NCBI GenBank assembly: GCA_050486405.1
Contig: JBJHDF010000004.1
Location: 118,316 to 182,315, forward strand
Length of the DNA: 64,000 nt
Source of the DNA: Marinimicrobium sp.
GTDB taxonomy: Bacteria > Pseudomonadota > Gammaproteobacteria > Pseudomonadales > Cellvibrionaceae
Direction of reading: 5' to 3'
In this document: piece after piece, positions 28,239 to 36,814 of the stretch
Position numbering within the stretch: the stretch's first letter is position 1
Layout: the number at the start of each line of letters is the position of its first letter
Program-made: the position numbers and the translations under genes
Notes under the pieces: generated by a model
Told to the model about the DNA's origin: nothing
Databases searched by the model: none
What the model saw: only the letters and a program-made list of their open reading frames with translations

Positions 28239-29529
28239 GGTTCACGCCCTCCTTGCGAAGGTCCACGACCTCGCCAGCCTCCCGTCCTTCAAGTGCCGCA
28301 GCAATGCCGGATGTGTGGCGCTCGATGACCGCCGCCCGGTCTTGGTCGCCGAAGTGCAGATAACGCTTTGTAGTGCTCAATTGGGTATGGCCCAACGTCT
28401 CGGCAATCTGTGCCGCCTGAGCACCCTGCACCGCCATCAGTGAGCCTATGCTGTGGCGTAAACCATGAAGACCTATGCCCTCCGGTAAACCAGCTTCCTG
28501 CCGCACAAGCCGCCACGGCTTCGACAATGCCAGCGGCACCCCGTTGCCCTTGGCCGACTCGAAGACCAGGCTGTCAGGGCTTCCCTGGGGCTGTCTGGCA
28601 ACGACTGCCTGAGCCGCGCTGGGGAGGTTGATTGTCTTTGCCTTGCCGCTCTTGTGACCGGTCTTGTGCGCCTTCGCTGGCAGCTCAATCAAGCCGCGCC
28701 TGAGGTCTACCCACCGCCAGCGCAAACCCGTAATCTCGCCACGGCGGCAGCCGGTGAGCGCCAGAACCCGGATGGCATCGGCCACGGGTCGCCGAATCCG
28801 GCGCTGTTCTTCGAGCGCTTCCAGGGTGCGAAACAGCCGGGGGTAATCTTCCGGCCTTAGAATCTGCTCGCGCTCGCCGTCACTGCCAAAGCTCAGCCCC
28901 GCCGCCGGGTTATTTGGAATCAGCTTTTCCGATTCTCCCCAAGCGAATATCGCCCGCAGTACCCGGCAGGCCATCCGTGCTGCACCTTCACCGCCGCGAA
29001 CAATGGCCCGACCACGCGGCCCGGTACGCTCGTCGGTCGCCGTCTTTCCAGTGGCGATTGCCTTGCGAGCGCGTAGCACATCTTCCGCCGTCAGGCTTTC
29101 GACAATCTGGTGACCAAGCAGCGGGCGTATGTGCCGGTCAAGGCGGCCCCGGTCTGTCTTGCGTGTGGTTTCAGCCTTGGCCGCGAATTTCTCCGAGGCC
29201 AGATACTCGTCCAGCAAGTCGTTGACGGTCAGCGCTTCGCGGCGCTTCCGGCGCTCGGCCTGAGGGTCTTTGCCCGCCCTCACCTCAGCGGCCAAATTCT
29301 TGGCCAGTTGCCGGGCCTCGTCTAAGGTAAGCATTTTTGCCGATTTTCCGAGTGTGTAGCGGCGGGTTTTGTTGTGCTGATTCCGGTACTGGAAAACGAA
29401 GGTTTTTGTTCCCGCTGGATAGACGGCTACGCCAAGACCAGCAACGGCGCGGCTTCCCTCGTCCCATATGAAATACTTGGCGGCTTTTGGCTCCAGATTT
29501 CTGATAAGGTTCTTTGTCAGTTTTGGCAT
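28231..29529 (-). CDS. int: Tyrosine recombinase, P4-type integrase (DUF4102 N-terminal arm-binding domain)
   Basis: 432 aa from ATG 29529 (MPKLTKNLIRNLEPKAAKYFIWDE...FVFQYR). Catalytic region has TGCRRGE, HGLRHS and a C-terminal LGHTQLSTTKRYLH (R..HxxR..Y). Confidence 0.9.
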   Translation of the reverse strand: MPKLTKNLIRNLEPKAAKYFIWDEGSRAVAGLGVAVYPAGTKTFVFQYRNQHNKTRRYTLGKSAKMLTLDEARQLAKNLAAEVRAGKDPQAERRKRREALTVNDLLDEYLASEKFAAKAETTRKTDRGRLDRHIRPLLGHQIVESLTAEDVLRARKAIATGKTATDERTGPRGRAIVRGGEGAARMACRVLRAIFAWGESEKLIPNNPAAGLSFGSDGEREQILRPEDYPRLFRTLEALEEQRRIRRPVADAIRVLALTGCRRGEITGLRWRWVDLRRGLIELPAKAHKTGHKSGKAKTINLPSAAQAVVARQPQGSPDSLVFESAKGNGVPLALSKPWRLVRQEAGLPEGIGLHGLRHSIGSLMAVQGAQAAQIAETLGHTQLSTTKRYLHFGDQDRAAVIERHTSGIAAALEGREAGEVVDLRKEGVNRG

Positions 29530-29546
29530 TGCAAACACCTGATTTT

Positions 29547-29677
29547 AGGTAAGCATATGGTAAGCATGGAAGCGCCAAAACCGGGTAATTTCCGGTTTGA
29601 CCTCAGCACTGATAGTAAACCTTATCTATATGAAAATAAAGGGAAAAGTATAGAATAGTCGATTTAGGTAAGCATGG
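29547..29677 (+). repeat. Arm-type repeat cluster (GGTAAGCA x3) at the right end of the island, with an AT-rich spacer
   Basis: The 23-mer at 29547-29569 is identical to 23855-23877. Further aggtaagcatgg copy at 29666-29677. An AT-rich tract at 29610-29660 lies between them (possible bending-protein site). Confidence 0.7.
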
Positions 29678-29693
29678 GAAAAGGGGTTGTTCA

Positions 29694-29742
29694 AGCACTC
29701 ATAATGCTGGGGTCGGCGGTTCAAGTCCGCCCCTTGCTACCA
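29694..29742 (+). repeat. attR (duplicated 3' 49 nt of tRNA-Met)
   Basis: Identical to 23760-23808. It lacks the 5' half of the tRNA, so it is not a gene. Confidence 0.9.
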
Positions 29743-30380
29743 TACTCTGCGGGGTTGTCGGGTCCAGGCCCGGCGACCCCGATCTCCAGCCAACGCAGAT
29801 CCTCCGGGCGGTCGATATCCCGCAGTGGTTCTCCCTGATACAGCCGCCAGCCCAGGGCCGCGATGCGTGCCAGGGTGATCCGCGCCACTTGGGGGCCGCC
29901 CCAGGGAATGTCGCGGAAGAGACGCTCATCCGTGCGGGTCAGGCCCAGCAGGGCGTAGCCGCCGTCGACGGCCGGGTAGAGCGCCACCTCGACGCCCTCC
30001 AGCGCCCGGGCAGCCCGGCGCAGCAGGTCGGCGGACATCTCCACGCAATCCGTGCCCACCAGCAGCACCCGGGGCGACTCCACCAACGCCCGGCGGGCGG
30101 CGCGGGCCATGCGCTGGCCCAGATCCCCCGGACCCTGGTCGCTCACGATCAGACTTGGCGGCAGGGACACCCCTCCCCAGGCTTCGCTGCCCGGCGCGGG
30201 GGTGGCGCAGAGTTCCACCGGCCCCAGATCGGCCTGCAGCGCCGCATCCAGGGTGCGCTGCAACAGGCGGGCGGCCAGAGCCGCTGCACCTGTTTCGCCC
30301 AGGGCCGGCACCAGGCGGGTTTTGGCCAGGCCCGGCAGTGGCGCCTTGGCAAAGACAATAACCCGCGTCGACTCTGTCAC
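29721..30380 (-). CDS. DUF2064 / TIGR04282-like nucleotidyltransferase-fold protein
   Basis: 219 aa if GTG 30380 is used (GTGA overlap with the upstream GT2 stop): VTESTRVIVFAKAPLPGLAKTRL.... The last 22 nt run into attR. Confidence 0.7.
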   Translation of the reverse strand: MTESTRVIVFAKAPLPGLAKTRLVPALGETGAAALAARLLQRTLDAALQADLGPVELCATPAPGSEAWGGVSLPPSLIVSDQGPGDLGQRMARAARRALVESPRVLLVGTDCVEMSADLLRRAARALEGVEVALYPAVDGGYALLGLTRTDERLFRDIPWGGPQVARITLARIAALGWRLYQGEPLRDIDRPEDLRWLEIGVAGPGPDNPAEYGSKGRT

Positions 30381-31078
30381 TGTTCGTACCTGCGCGCCAG
30401 CGCCGCCGGATCGGTCCCGCGCCAGTAGGCCAGACGCAGACGCCACATCAGCAGTATGGTGCGCCAGGTGCCGCGCCGGTCCCACCGGCGACCAGAGGTG
30501 GTAATGCGCTGACGCAGGCACAGGGGGCGGGACAGACGCTTCAGGCGCCTGCTGATTTCGATATCCTCCATCAATGGCTGGTCGGGAAAGCCACCCACCT
30601 GCCGGAAGGCCTCGCAGGTCATAAACAAGCCCTGATCGCCGGTGGCGATTCCGGTCAGGCAGGAGCGCCGGTTCATCAGCCAGGCGGTGGGCTTGAGCCA
30701 GAAGGAACGGCCGTCGATGCGCACATCAAAGCGCCCCCAGACCCGCTTGCCCCCGGCCAGGCCGTCCCCGATCGCCGCCGGGGCCGCTTCCGGCAGCCGG
30801 CTGTCGGCGTGCAGAAACAGCAAAACCTCACCCCGGGCACGGCTGGCGCCGGCATTCATCTGCCGCGCCCGTCCCACCGGTGCGTCTATCACGGTATAGC
30901 CGGCCTCGCGTGCCAGCTCGGCGCTGCGGTCGTCACTGCCGCCGTCCACCAGTATCACCTCCACAGTGGGACTGCTTTGCAGAGGCGACAGGTGTGCCAA
31001 CAGCCCCGGCAGTTGTGCTGCCTCGTTGCGCATGGGCACAACGATGGAGAGGCGGATTTGGCTCGGGGCCTCCGGCAT
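30377..31078 (-). CDS. Family-2 glycosyltransferase, TIGR04283-like
   Basis: 233 aa. LSIVVPMRNE, ILVDGGSDD and FLHADSRL motifs of GT2. Confidence 0.75.
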   Translation of the reverse strand: MPEAPSQIRLSIVVPMRNEAAQLPGLLAHLSPLQSSPTVEVILVDGGSDDRSAELAREAGYTVIDAPVGRARQMNAGASRARGEVLLFLHADSRLPEAAPAAIGDGLAGGKRVWGRFDVRIDGRSFWLKPTAWLMNRRSCLTGIATGDQGLFMTCEAFRQVGGFPDQPLMEDIEISRRLKRLSRPLCLRQRITTSGRRWDRRGTWRTILLMWRLRLAYWRGTDPAALARRYEQ

Positions 31079-31082
31079 GGGC

Positions 31083-33275
31083 TTACTCCTGCCCGCGACC
31101 GGACCCGCCCCGGCGCCAGCGATGGTAGCGCTCTACCCAGCGCAGCAGCGCTTGCGGAGCCTGGGCTTTTTTCCATTCCCCGGCGGCGTACTTGTTGGCC
31201 TCCGCCATTGTCGGGTAGGCGTGGATGGTGCCGAGTATCTTGTTCAGCCCCAGACCGTAACGCATGGCGAGCACAAATTCCGCCAGCAGATCGCCGGCCC
31301 CGACGCCAACGATGGTCACCCCCAGAATCCGGTCCTTACCCGGCGGGGTGAGCACTTTGACAAAGCCCTCGGTGGTGCTGTCGGCGATGGCGCGGTCCAG
31401 ATCGCGCAGTTCGAAGCGCGTCACTTCAAAGGCGACACCCTGTTCCCGGGCCTCGCTTTCGTTGAGGCCCACCCGGGCGATCTCCGGGTCGATAAAGGTG
31501 GTGCGCGGAATCACCGAGCAGTCCACCCGAAAACGTTTGAACTGGCCAAACAGCGCGTTTACCGATGCGTACCAGGCCATATGGGCGGCGGTGTGAGTGA
31601 ACTGGTAGGGGCCGGCCACATCACCCACGGCGTAAATATTGGGGTAGAGAGTTTCCAGATAGTCGTTGGTGACGATCGTGCGCTCGGTGGCAATGCCCAG
31701 TTCCTCCAACCCGTAGCCGCTCAGGCGCGGCTGCCGGCCGACGGCGCACAGCAGCGCATCAAACCCGACCCGGGCTTCGGCACCGCTGCCGTCCTGTCCG
31801 GGCGCTTCCAGCACCAGTTGTTTACTCTGCCCCTGCTGCTCACAGCGCAGGGGCCGGTGACCCAGCAGCAATTCGACACCGTCCGCCGCCAGGCTGCGCG
31901 CCGCCAGTTCCGACACCTCGTCGTCTTCCCGGGCGAGCAATCGATCAGCCATCTCCACCAGCGTGACGCGGGAACCGAGCCGGGCAAAACACTGGGCCAG
32001 TTCGCAGCCGATGGGGCCGCCGCCGAGCACCAGCAGCCGCTCCGGTGGCGCGTCCAGTTTGGCGAACTCATCCCAGAGGGTATCACTGGTCACGTAACCC
32101 ACCTGTTCCAATCCTGGCAGCGGCGGCACCACCGGTTGAGCACCGGTAGCAATCACAATACTGCGTGCAGTCAGGCGCCGACTGTCGCCATCGTTCAGCG
32201 CCACCTCCACCGTCCAGGGATCAACCAGGCGAGCGTACCCCTGCAGTACTTCCACCCCCAGCCCCGTATAGCGCTCAACACTATCGTGGGGCTCAACCTC
32301 GGCGATCACGCGTTTTACCCGGGCCATCACCTCCCGGAAGCTGAACCGGGGTGGTTGCGCGCGCAGACCGTAGCGCTCGGCGTAAGCCATCTGATGCGCC
32401 ACCCTGGCACTTTTGATCAGTGCCTTGCTGGGCACGCAGCCATAGTTGAGACAGTCGCCGCCCATTTTGTGGCTTTCGATCAGCGTGACCCGGGCTTTTA
32501 CCGTGGCGGCAATATAGGCCGACACCAGTCCCCCGGCACCGGCGCCAATGACGATCATATTGCGGTCGAACGTTTTCGGGCGCCGCCATTTTTTATAAAC
32601 CCGACGACGCTGCACCAGACGCACAAGACCCCGGGCCACCCAGGGGAAAATGCCGAGCAGGACAAACGAAAGAATCAGCGTCGGTGACAGTATGCCGGAC
32701 ACGCTTTCCAGCGAGGCCAGTTGAGTACCGGCATTGATGTACACCGCCGTACCGGCCAGCATGCCCACCTGGCTGACCCAATAGAAGGTCCAGGTTTTGA
32801 TGGGTGTCAAACCCATCACCAGATTGATGACAAAAAACGGAAAGGCCGGCACCAGGCGCAGGGTGAACAGGTAGAAAGCGCCGTCGCGCTCAATACCGGC
32901 GTTGATCGCTTTCAGCCGGTCGGCAAAGCGGCCTTGCACCGTATCGCGCAACAGAAAGCGCGCCACCAGAAACGCCAGGGTGGCGCCGATACTGGACGCA
33001 AAAGACACCAGCAGCACGCCCTGCCAGAAACCGAACAGCGCGCCCGCCGCCAGGGTCATGATGGTGGCGCCCGGCAGCGACAGGGCGGTAACGGCGATGT
33101 AAAAGGCAAGAAACGCCAGTGGAATCAGTAAGGGGTAGGCCGCCAACCACTGGGAAAACCTATGTTGACTCGCCTGCAGACTTTCCAGCGTCAGATACTG
33201 ATTCAGATCAAGCGCGAAAAAGAGCAACACAGCAGCAGCGAGCGCGACCAGCAGTAACCATTTTTTCATTGTCAT
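31083..33275 (-). CDS. Fusion protein: DedA/TVP38-type membrane domain plus FAD-dependent pyridine-nucleotide-disulfide oxidoreductase (mercuric/dihydrolipoamide reductase-like)
   Basis: 730 aa. N-terminal about 230 aa with SNARE-associated/DedA-type helices. Then GAGAGG FAD loop, redox-active GGDCLNYGCVPSK, NAD loop GGGPIGCE and a C-terminal dimerisation HAYPT motif. Confidence 0.8.
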   Translation of the reverse strand: MTMKKWLLLVALAAAVLLFFALDLNQYLTLESLQASQHRFSQWLAAYPLLIPLAFLAFYIAVTALSLPGATIMTLAAGALFGFWQGVLLVSFASSIGATLAFLVARFLLRDTVQGRFADRLKAINAGIERDGAFYLFTLRLVPAFPFFVINLVMGLTPIKTWTFYWVSQVGMLAGTAVYINAGTQLASLESVSGILSPTLILSFVLLGIFPWVARGLVRLVQRRRVYKKWRRPKTFDRNMIVIGAGAGGLVSAYIAATVKARVTLIESHKMGGDCLNYGCVPSKALIKSARVAHQMAYAERYGLRAQPPRFSFREVMARVKRVIAEVEPHDSVERYTGLGVEVLQGYARLVDPWTVEVALNDGDSRRLTARSIVIATGAQPVVPPLPGLEQVGYVTSDTLWDEFAKLDAPPERLLVLGGGPIGCELAQCFARLGSRVTLVEMADRLLAREDDEVSELAARSLAADGVELLLGHRPLRCEQQGQSKQLVLEAPGQDGSGAEARVGFDALLCAVGRQPRLSGYGLEELGIATERTIVTNDYLETLYPNIYAVGDVAGPYQFTHTAAHMAWYASVNALFGQFKRFRVDCSVIPRTTFIDPEIARVGLNESEAREQGVAFEVTRFELRDLDRAIADSTTEGFVKVLTPPGKDRILGVTIVGVGAGDLLAEFVLAMRYGLGLNKILGTIHAYPTMAEANKYAAGEWKKAQAPQALLRWVERYHRWRRGGSGRGQE

Positions 33276-33399
33276 GACCCTGTCAGCTCGGCTACAACCA
33301 GTCGTTTGAGGTTCGCAATCATTACACGGGAGTCGGTGGCAGGCCGATATCGTCTCGCGTATAGTAAGTTAATATCGGGTTCTCGTCACCAACCCACAC

Positions 33400-33429
33400 T
33401 CGGTTCCGAGCTAGTCGGTTCCGGACTAG
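33400..33429 (+). repeat. Tandem 15-bp direct repeat upstream of the ATP-grasp gene (candidate operator)
   Basis: tcggttccgagctag / tcggttccggactag (13/15 identical), 53-82 nt upstream of ATG 33482, in the divergent intergenic region. Confidence 0.5.
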
Positions 33430-33481
33430 CGCCGGGTTGATACTCGAGAGTCCACCCATAGGTTCCATCCAGGAGGTATTT

Positions 33482-34726
33482 ATGAACCAGCGCGAAGCCA
33501 AACACAACGTCAACCCCGACAAAGGCTACATCGCCCTGTTGGGCTGGTCCCTGAACGCCGTGGAGGCCGCCGACCGTTTTGATCGGCGCTATATCGTGGT
33601 GGCCCCGGACTGGGCTGAGGAATACTGCCAGAAGCACGACATCCCCTACCTGCCGTGGAACTTCGAGCGCCTCAATGATCGCTCCATGGAGATTGCCGAG
33701 ACGCTGAAGGACATGGGCGTAGATGTGGCCATTCCCCTGTTCGAGGAAACCGTGGAGTGGGCCGGCGCCATCAACTCCGTGCTGCTCGACAACCCACGCC
33801 TGTTTGGTCAGGCGCTGTTGCTGCGCGATAAATCCCTGATGAAACGCCGCGCGCAACTGGGCGGCATTCGCGTGGGCATTTTCGAAGAGGCGCACGACAA
33901 GGAAGACGTGGTGCGTTTTCTCAAGCGCGTCAACCAGACGCTGCTGAAACTCGACGGTGACCCCAATGACCCCATTCATCTCAAGGCCTTTGACAAAGCC
34001 GGCTGTCTGGGCCACCGGGTGATCCGCACACCCGACGAAGTGGATACCATTCCCGACGAGGAATTTCCGGTGTTGATGGAATCTCACCTGGACGGCTGGG
34101 AGTTTGCCGTCGAGGCCTGGATTCACAACGGCAAGATCTGTTTTCTCAACATATCCGAATATGTCACTCTCGGCTACTCGGTGTTTGTCCCCGCCTCACC
34201 GGAGCTGGAAAAATACCGGCCAAAAATCCGCGAACAGATCGAAAAGCTGATCAAGACTTTCGATATTGATTTCGGCTTTGTGCACCCCGAGTATTTCGTC
34301 ACCAGTGACGGCGAAATGTACTTTGGCGAAGTCGCCTATCGGCCGCCGGGCTTCAAGGTGTTTGAACTGCTGGAGCGCGCCTACGGCTTCAACGCCTATC
34401 AGGCGTTGATACTGTCCTTTGACCCCAAAACCACAGAAGAGGAAATCAATAACTTCTTCCCCCGGGAAGTGGTCGACGCCAGAGGACACGCCGGCTGCTT
34501 CGGTGTCTACCCACGCCGCCGCGTGGTCAGCCGACTGGAAATTCCGGAGGAAACGGAAAGCCACGAGTACTTTGAATCCCACGAGCTGACACCGCCCGTG
34601 GAGGAAACCGTCACCAAGCGCACCGCCTTTGGCACCCACTGGGGCCTGGTGTATTTCTTCGGCGACGACCCGCACGAGATTCGCGATCTGCTCAAGCGTC
34701 AGGAAGAGCTGGATTTCTATGTATAA
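33482..34726 (+). CDS. ATP-grasp fold ligase, substrate unknown
   Basis: 414 aa from ATG 33482 (AGGAGG 7 nt upstream). ATP-grasp-like strands VLMESHLDGWEFAVEAWIHNGKI and HPEYFVTSDGEMYFGEVAYRPPG. Confidence 0.7.
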   Translation: MNQREAKHNVNPDKGYIALLGWSLNAVEAADRFDRRYIVVAPDWAEEYCQKHDIPYLPWNFERLNDRSMEIAETLKDMGVDVAIPLFEETVEWAGAINSVLLDNPRLFGQALLLRDKSLMKRRAQLGGIRVGIFEEAHDKEDVVRFLKRVNQTLLKLDGDPNDPIHLKAFDKAGCLGHRVIRTPDEVDTIPDEEFPVLMESHLDGWEFAVEAWIHNGKICFLNISEYVTLGYSVFVPASPELEKYRPKIREQIEKLIKTFDIDFGFVHPEYFVTSDGEMYFGEVAYRPPGFKVFELLERAYGFNAYQALILSFDPKTTEEEINNFFPREVVDARGHAGCFGVYPRRRVVSRLEIPEETESHEYFESHELTPPVEETVTKRTAFGTHWGLVYFFGDDPHEIRDLLKRQEELDFYV

Positions 34727-34786
34727 TGGAACAGAGTTCCATTGATTCGGGCCACAGGCCCCGCAACCGCCTGACAGGGGGAGCGC

Positions 34787-36811
34787 TTGCAATCCGATCC
34801 GGATAACGGCACAGAGCAGCAGCGGACACTGGACAACCTGGCCCACCGACTCGACGATGCCGTGGCCGCGCTGGCACAGACCCGCGACTTCGCCAAGGTC
34901 ACCAAAATACGACGGGTGTTTGACAGTGCGCGGCGCCTGCTGCTGCACGAAGGTGGCTGCGCCGCGCTCGAAACGCGGGCCCAGGCGCTTGAGGAGGCCG
35001 GCGTCTTTTACGGCACCGATTGGGCGCAGCCGCAAATCCTGCTGCCGCGCCTGAGCAAGGGCGCGCTGACCAGCGCCGATGCGGACACCGTAGTAATTGA
35101 AGCCATCAGTCAGCTGCGCCTGTTGGCCGTGGCGCTGGGCAACTACCGCCATCCATCAGTGTCCAGTGAGCAGGCCCACCATTTTCTCACCCAGGTCCTT
35201 GCCATCAATCTCAGCCTGCTGTTCAACCCGCCCGGCGAAGCCGAGCGCCAGCGTCAGGGCCGGCTGGCCCTGGTGCCACAACAACTGTTGCGGCATCTGG
35301 CCGAACGCATCGGCTACGAATATGTGATCGATCAGTTGATTGGGGAGATCTGGCGCATTCTGCAGCAGCGCCCCATACAGGTGGACAGCGTCAAGCAGAT
35401 GATCACCCAGATCGCCGTCTGCCAACTCAACCCGGATATCGATCTGGGCGCCAGTGGCAAGGGCGCCGACCGCCTGATCAGCAGCCTCTACGGCACCACC
35501 CGGGCCTGTCGCGAAGACCCGGGCATAGACGTGTATCAGGAGCGTCTGAACGCCATGGACAGCGGCGCCCTGCAATACGAGGCCACCGGTTTTGCCCGGG
35601 CCATGCACGACACCGGGCTGGTATCGCCCTACCACGCGGTATTGCTGCGCCACCTGCTCGACCGGGGCGAACACCTGCTGTCCGAGGCGCTGGGGCTATC
35701 CAGCACCGGGCGCGATTGCCTGCTGTGCTACGGTGGACTGGTGCAGGCGCTAATCCGCGAAGCGGTGCACCCGGCCACCGCCCAGGCCGTATACGGCCTG
35801 GCGCTGCTGCTGGAAAGGGGCATCCTCTACCATCCAGCCGTGGCGCCGGCACTGTGGCGGCAACTGGCGCTGCCGCTGTCGGAACAGTCGCAGCAGCGCA
35901 TTCGCCTGTCCTTCGGCGACAGCCTGCCGGCCAGCGTCTGGCTGTTGCAGGGCGTGCTGTGCATGCTCGGCCAACCACTGGGTGTCGGCCAGGGCAACAA
36001 CCCCACCTGCCAGTCCGCCCGGGCCCTGTCCATGTGGGCCTACAACGACCCGGATTACCTGTTGCAGATGGTGGTCTGGGCCGCCCGGGACAACGAGATC
36101 ATTATTCATTTCGAAGGCCAGGCCCTGTCGTCCCGGGACAGCATCGGCGGCGTGGCCGCCGAACTGCCCATGGATCTGGACCCGGTATCTCTGCTGGTAG
36201 TGCCGCATCTGGATCGCATCTATGCGGAAATGGGCCGGCGCTGCGCCGGTCGCGAGGGCGACCCCCATCGCTGGATCAACCCCGAATTCCACGGCTGGTG
36301 GTCCGGTCGCGGCTTTCGCATCAACGTTGACGTCAGCAGCGGCCAACTGACCGAACTGGATGATTTTCTGCGCCACTTCTACGCCAGTTACCACCCCTAT
36401 TACAACGGCAACCAGCCGCTGATCCACCCCCAGCCGGCCGGCATCGCCATCACCGACAGCGCCGCGCGCTTTGTCGGCTGGCACGCCATTACCATACTGC
36501 GCGTGATGCTCGATCCAAAGGAGCAGATGCGGGTGTATTTCTACAACCCCAATAACGACAGTGGCCAGAACTGGGGCGATGGCGTGGAAGTCAGCACCGC
36601 CGGCAGCGGCGAGCGTTTTGGCGAAGCGTCACTGCCGTTCGAGCAGTTTGCCTCGCGCCTGTACATCTTTCATTACGACCCGCTGGAGCGCGGCGAACTG
36701 GCCAACATCAGCGACGATGAACTGCAGCGGGTCAAGGGGTTGATCTATCGCAGTTGGGGCGCCGACCGCGTACCGGCCAGCGAACTGCAGGCCACTGTGG
36801 GTCCGCAATAG
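34787..36811 (+). CDS. Large uncharacterised protein: about 390-aa helical N-terminal region plus C-terminal papain-like (clan CA-type) cysteine peptidase/amidase-like domain
   Basis: 674 aa, TTG start after GGGGGAG. Has Q402-x5-C408 (GQGNNPTCQS, tgc at 36008-36010), H566 (GWHAITILRV) and N587-P (YFYNPNND), spaced like Gln/Cys/His/Asn(Asp) of papain/C39-type folds. Confidence 0.6.
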   Translation: MQSDPDNGTEQQRTLDNLAHRLDDAVAALAQTRDFAKVTKIRRVFDSARRLLLHEGGCAALETRAQALEEAGVFYGTDWAQPQILLPRLSKGALTSADADTVVIEAISQLRLLAVALGNYRHPSVSSEQAHHFLTQVLAINLSLLFNPPGEAERQRQGRLALVPQQLLRHLAERIGYEYVIDQLIGEIWRILQQRPIQVDSVKQMITQIAVCQLNPDIDLGASGKGADRLISSLYGTTRACREDPGIDVYQERLNAMDSGALQYEATGFARAMHDTGLVSPYHAVLLRHLLDRGEHLLSEALGLSSTGRDCLLCYGGLVQALIREAVHPATAQAVYGLALLLERGILYHPAVAPALWRQLALPLSEQSQQRIRLSFGDSLPASVWLLQGVLCMLGQPLGVGQGNNPTCQSARALSMWAYNDPDYLLQMVVWAARDNEIIIHFEGQALSSRDSIGGVAAELPMDLDPVSLLVVPHLDRIYAEMGRRCAGREGDPHRWINPEFHGWWSGRGFRINVDVSSGQLTELDDFLRHFYASYHPYYNGNQPLIHPQPAGIAITDSAARFVGWHAITILRVMLDPKEQMRVYFYNPNNDSGQNWGDGVEVSTAGSGERFGEASLPFEQFASRLYIFHYDPLERGELANISDDELQRVKGLIYRSWGADRVPASELQATVGPQ

Positions 36812-36814
36812 GCG

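Larger units (their letters stand above)
23760..29742. mobile_element. 5.9-kb integrative element (minimal phage-satellite-like island) inserted in the 3' end of tRNA-Met
   Basis: Bounded by perfect 49-bp direct repeats. All 10 ORFs are on the minus strand: tyrosine integrase, AlpA-like excisionase/regulator, wHTH protein, prim-pol, DUF5681-like protein and five unknowns. No capsid, tail or lysis genes. Confidence 0.85.

Noticed and set aside
29694-29742. Second tRNA-Met-like sequence considered as a tRNA gene.
   Set aside because: Only the 3' 49 nt (part of the anticodon arm plus T-arm and acceptor 3' strand) are present. It is the att duplication created by island integration.
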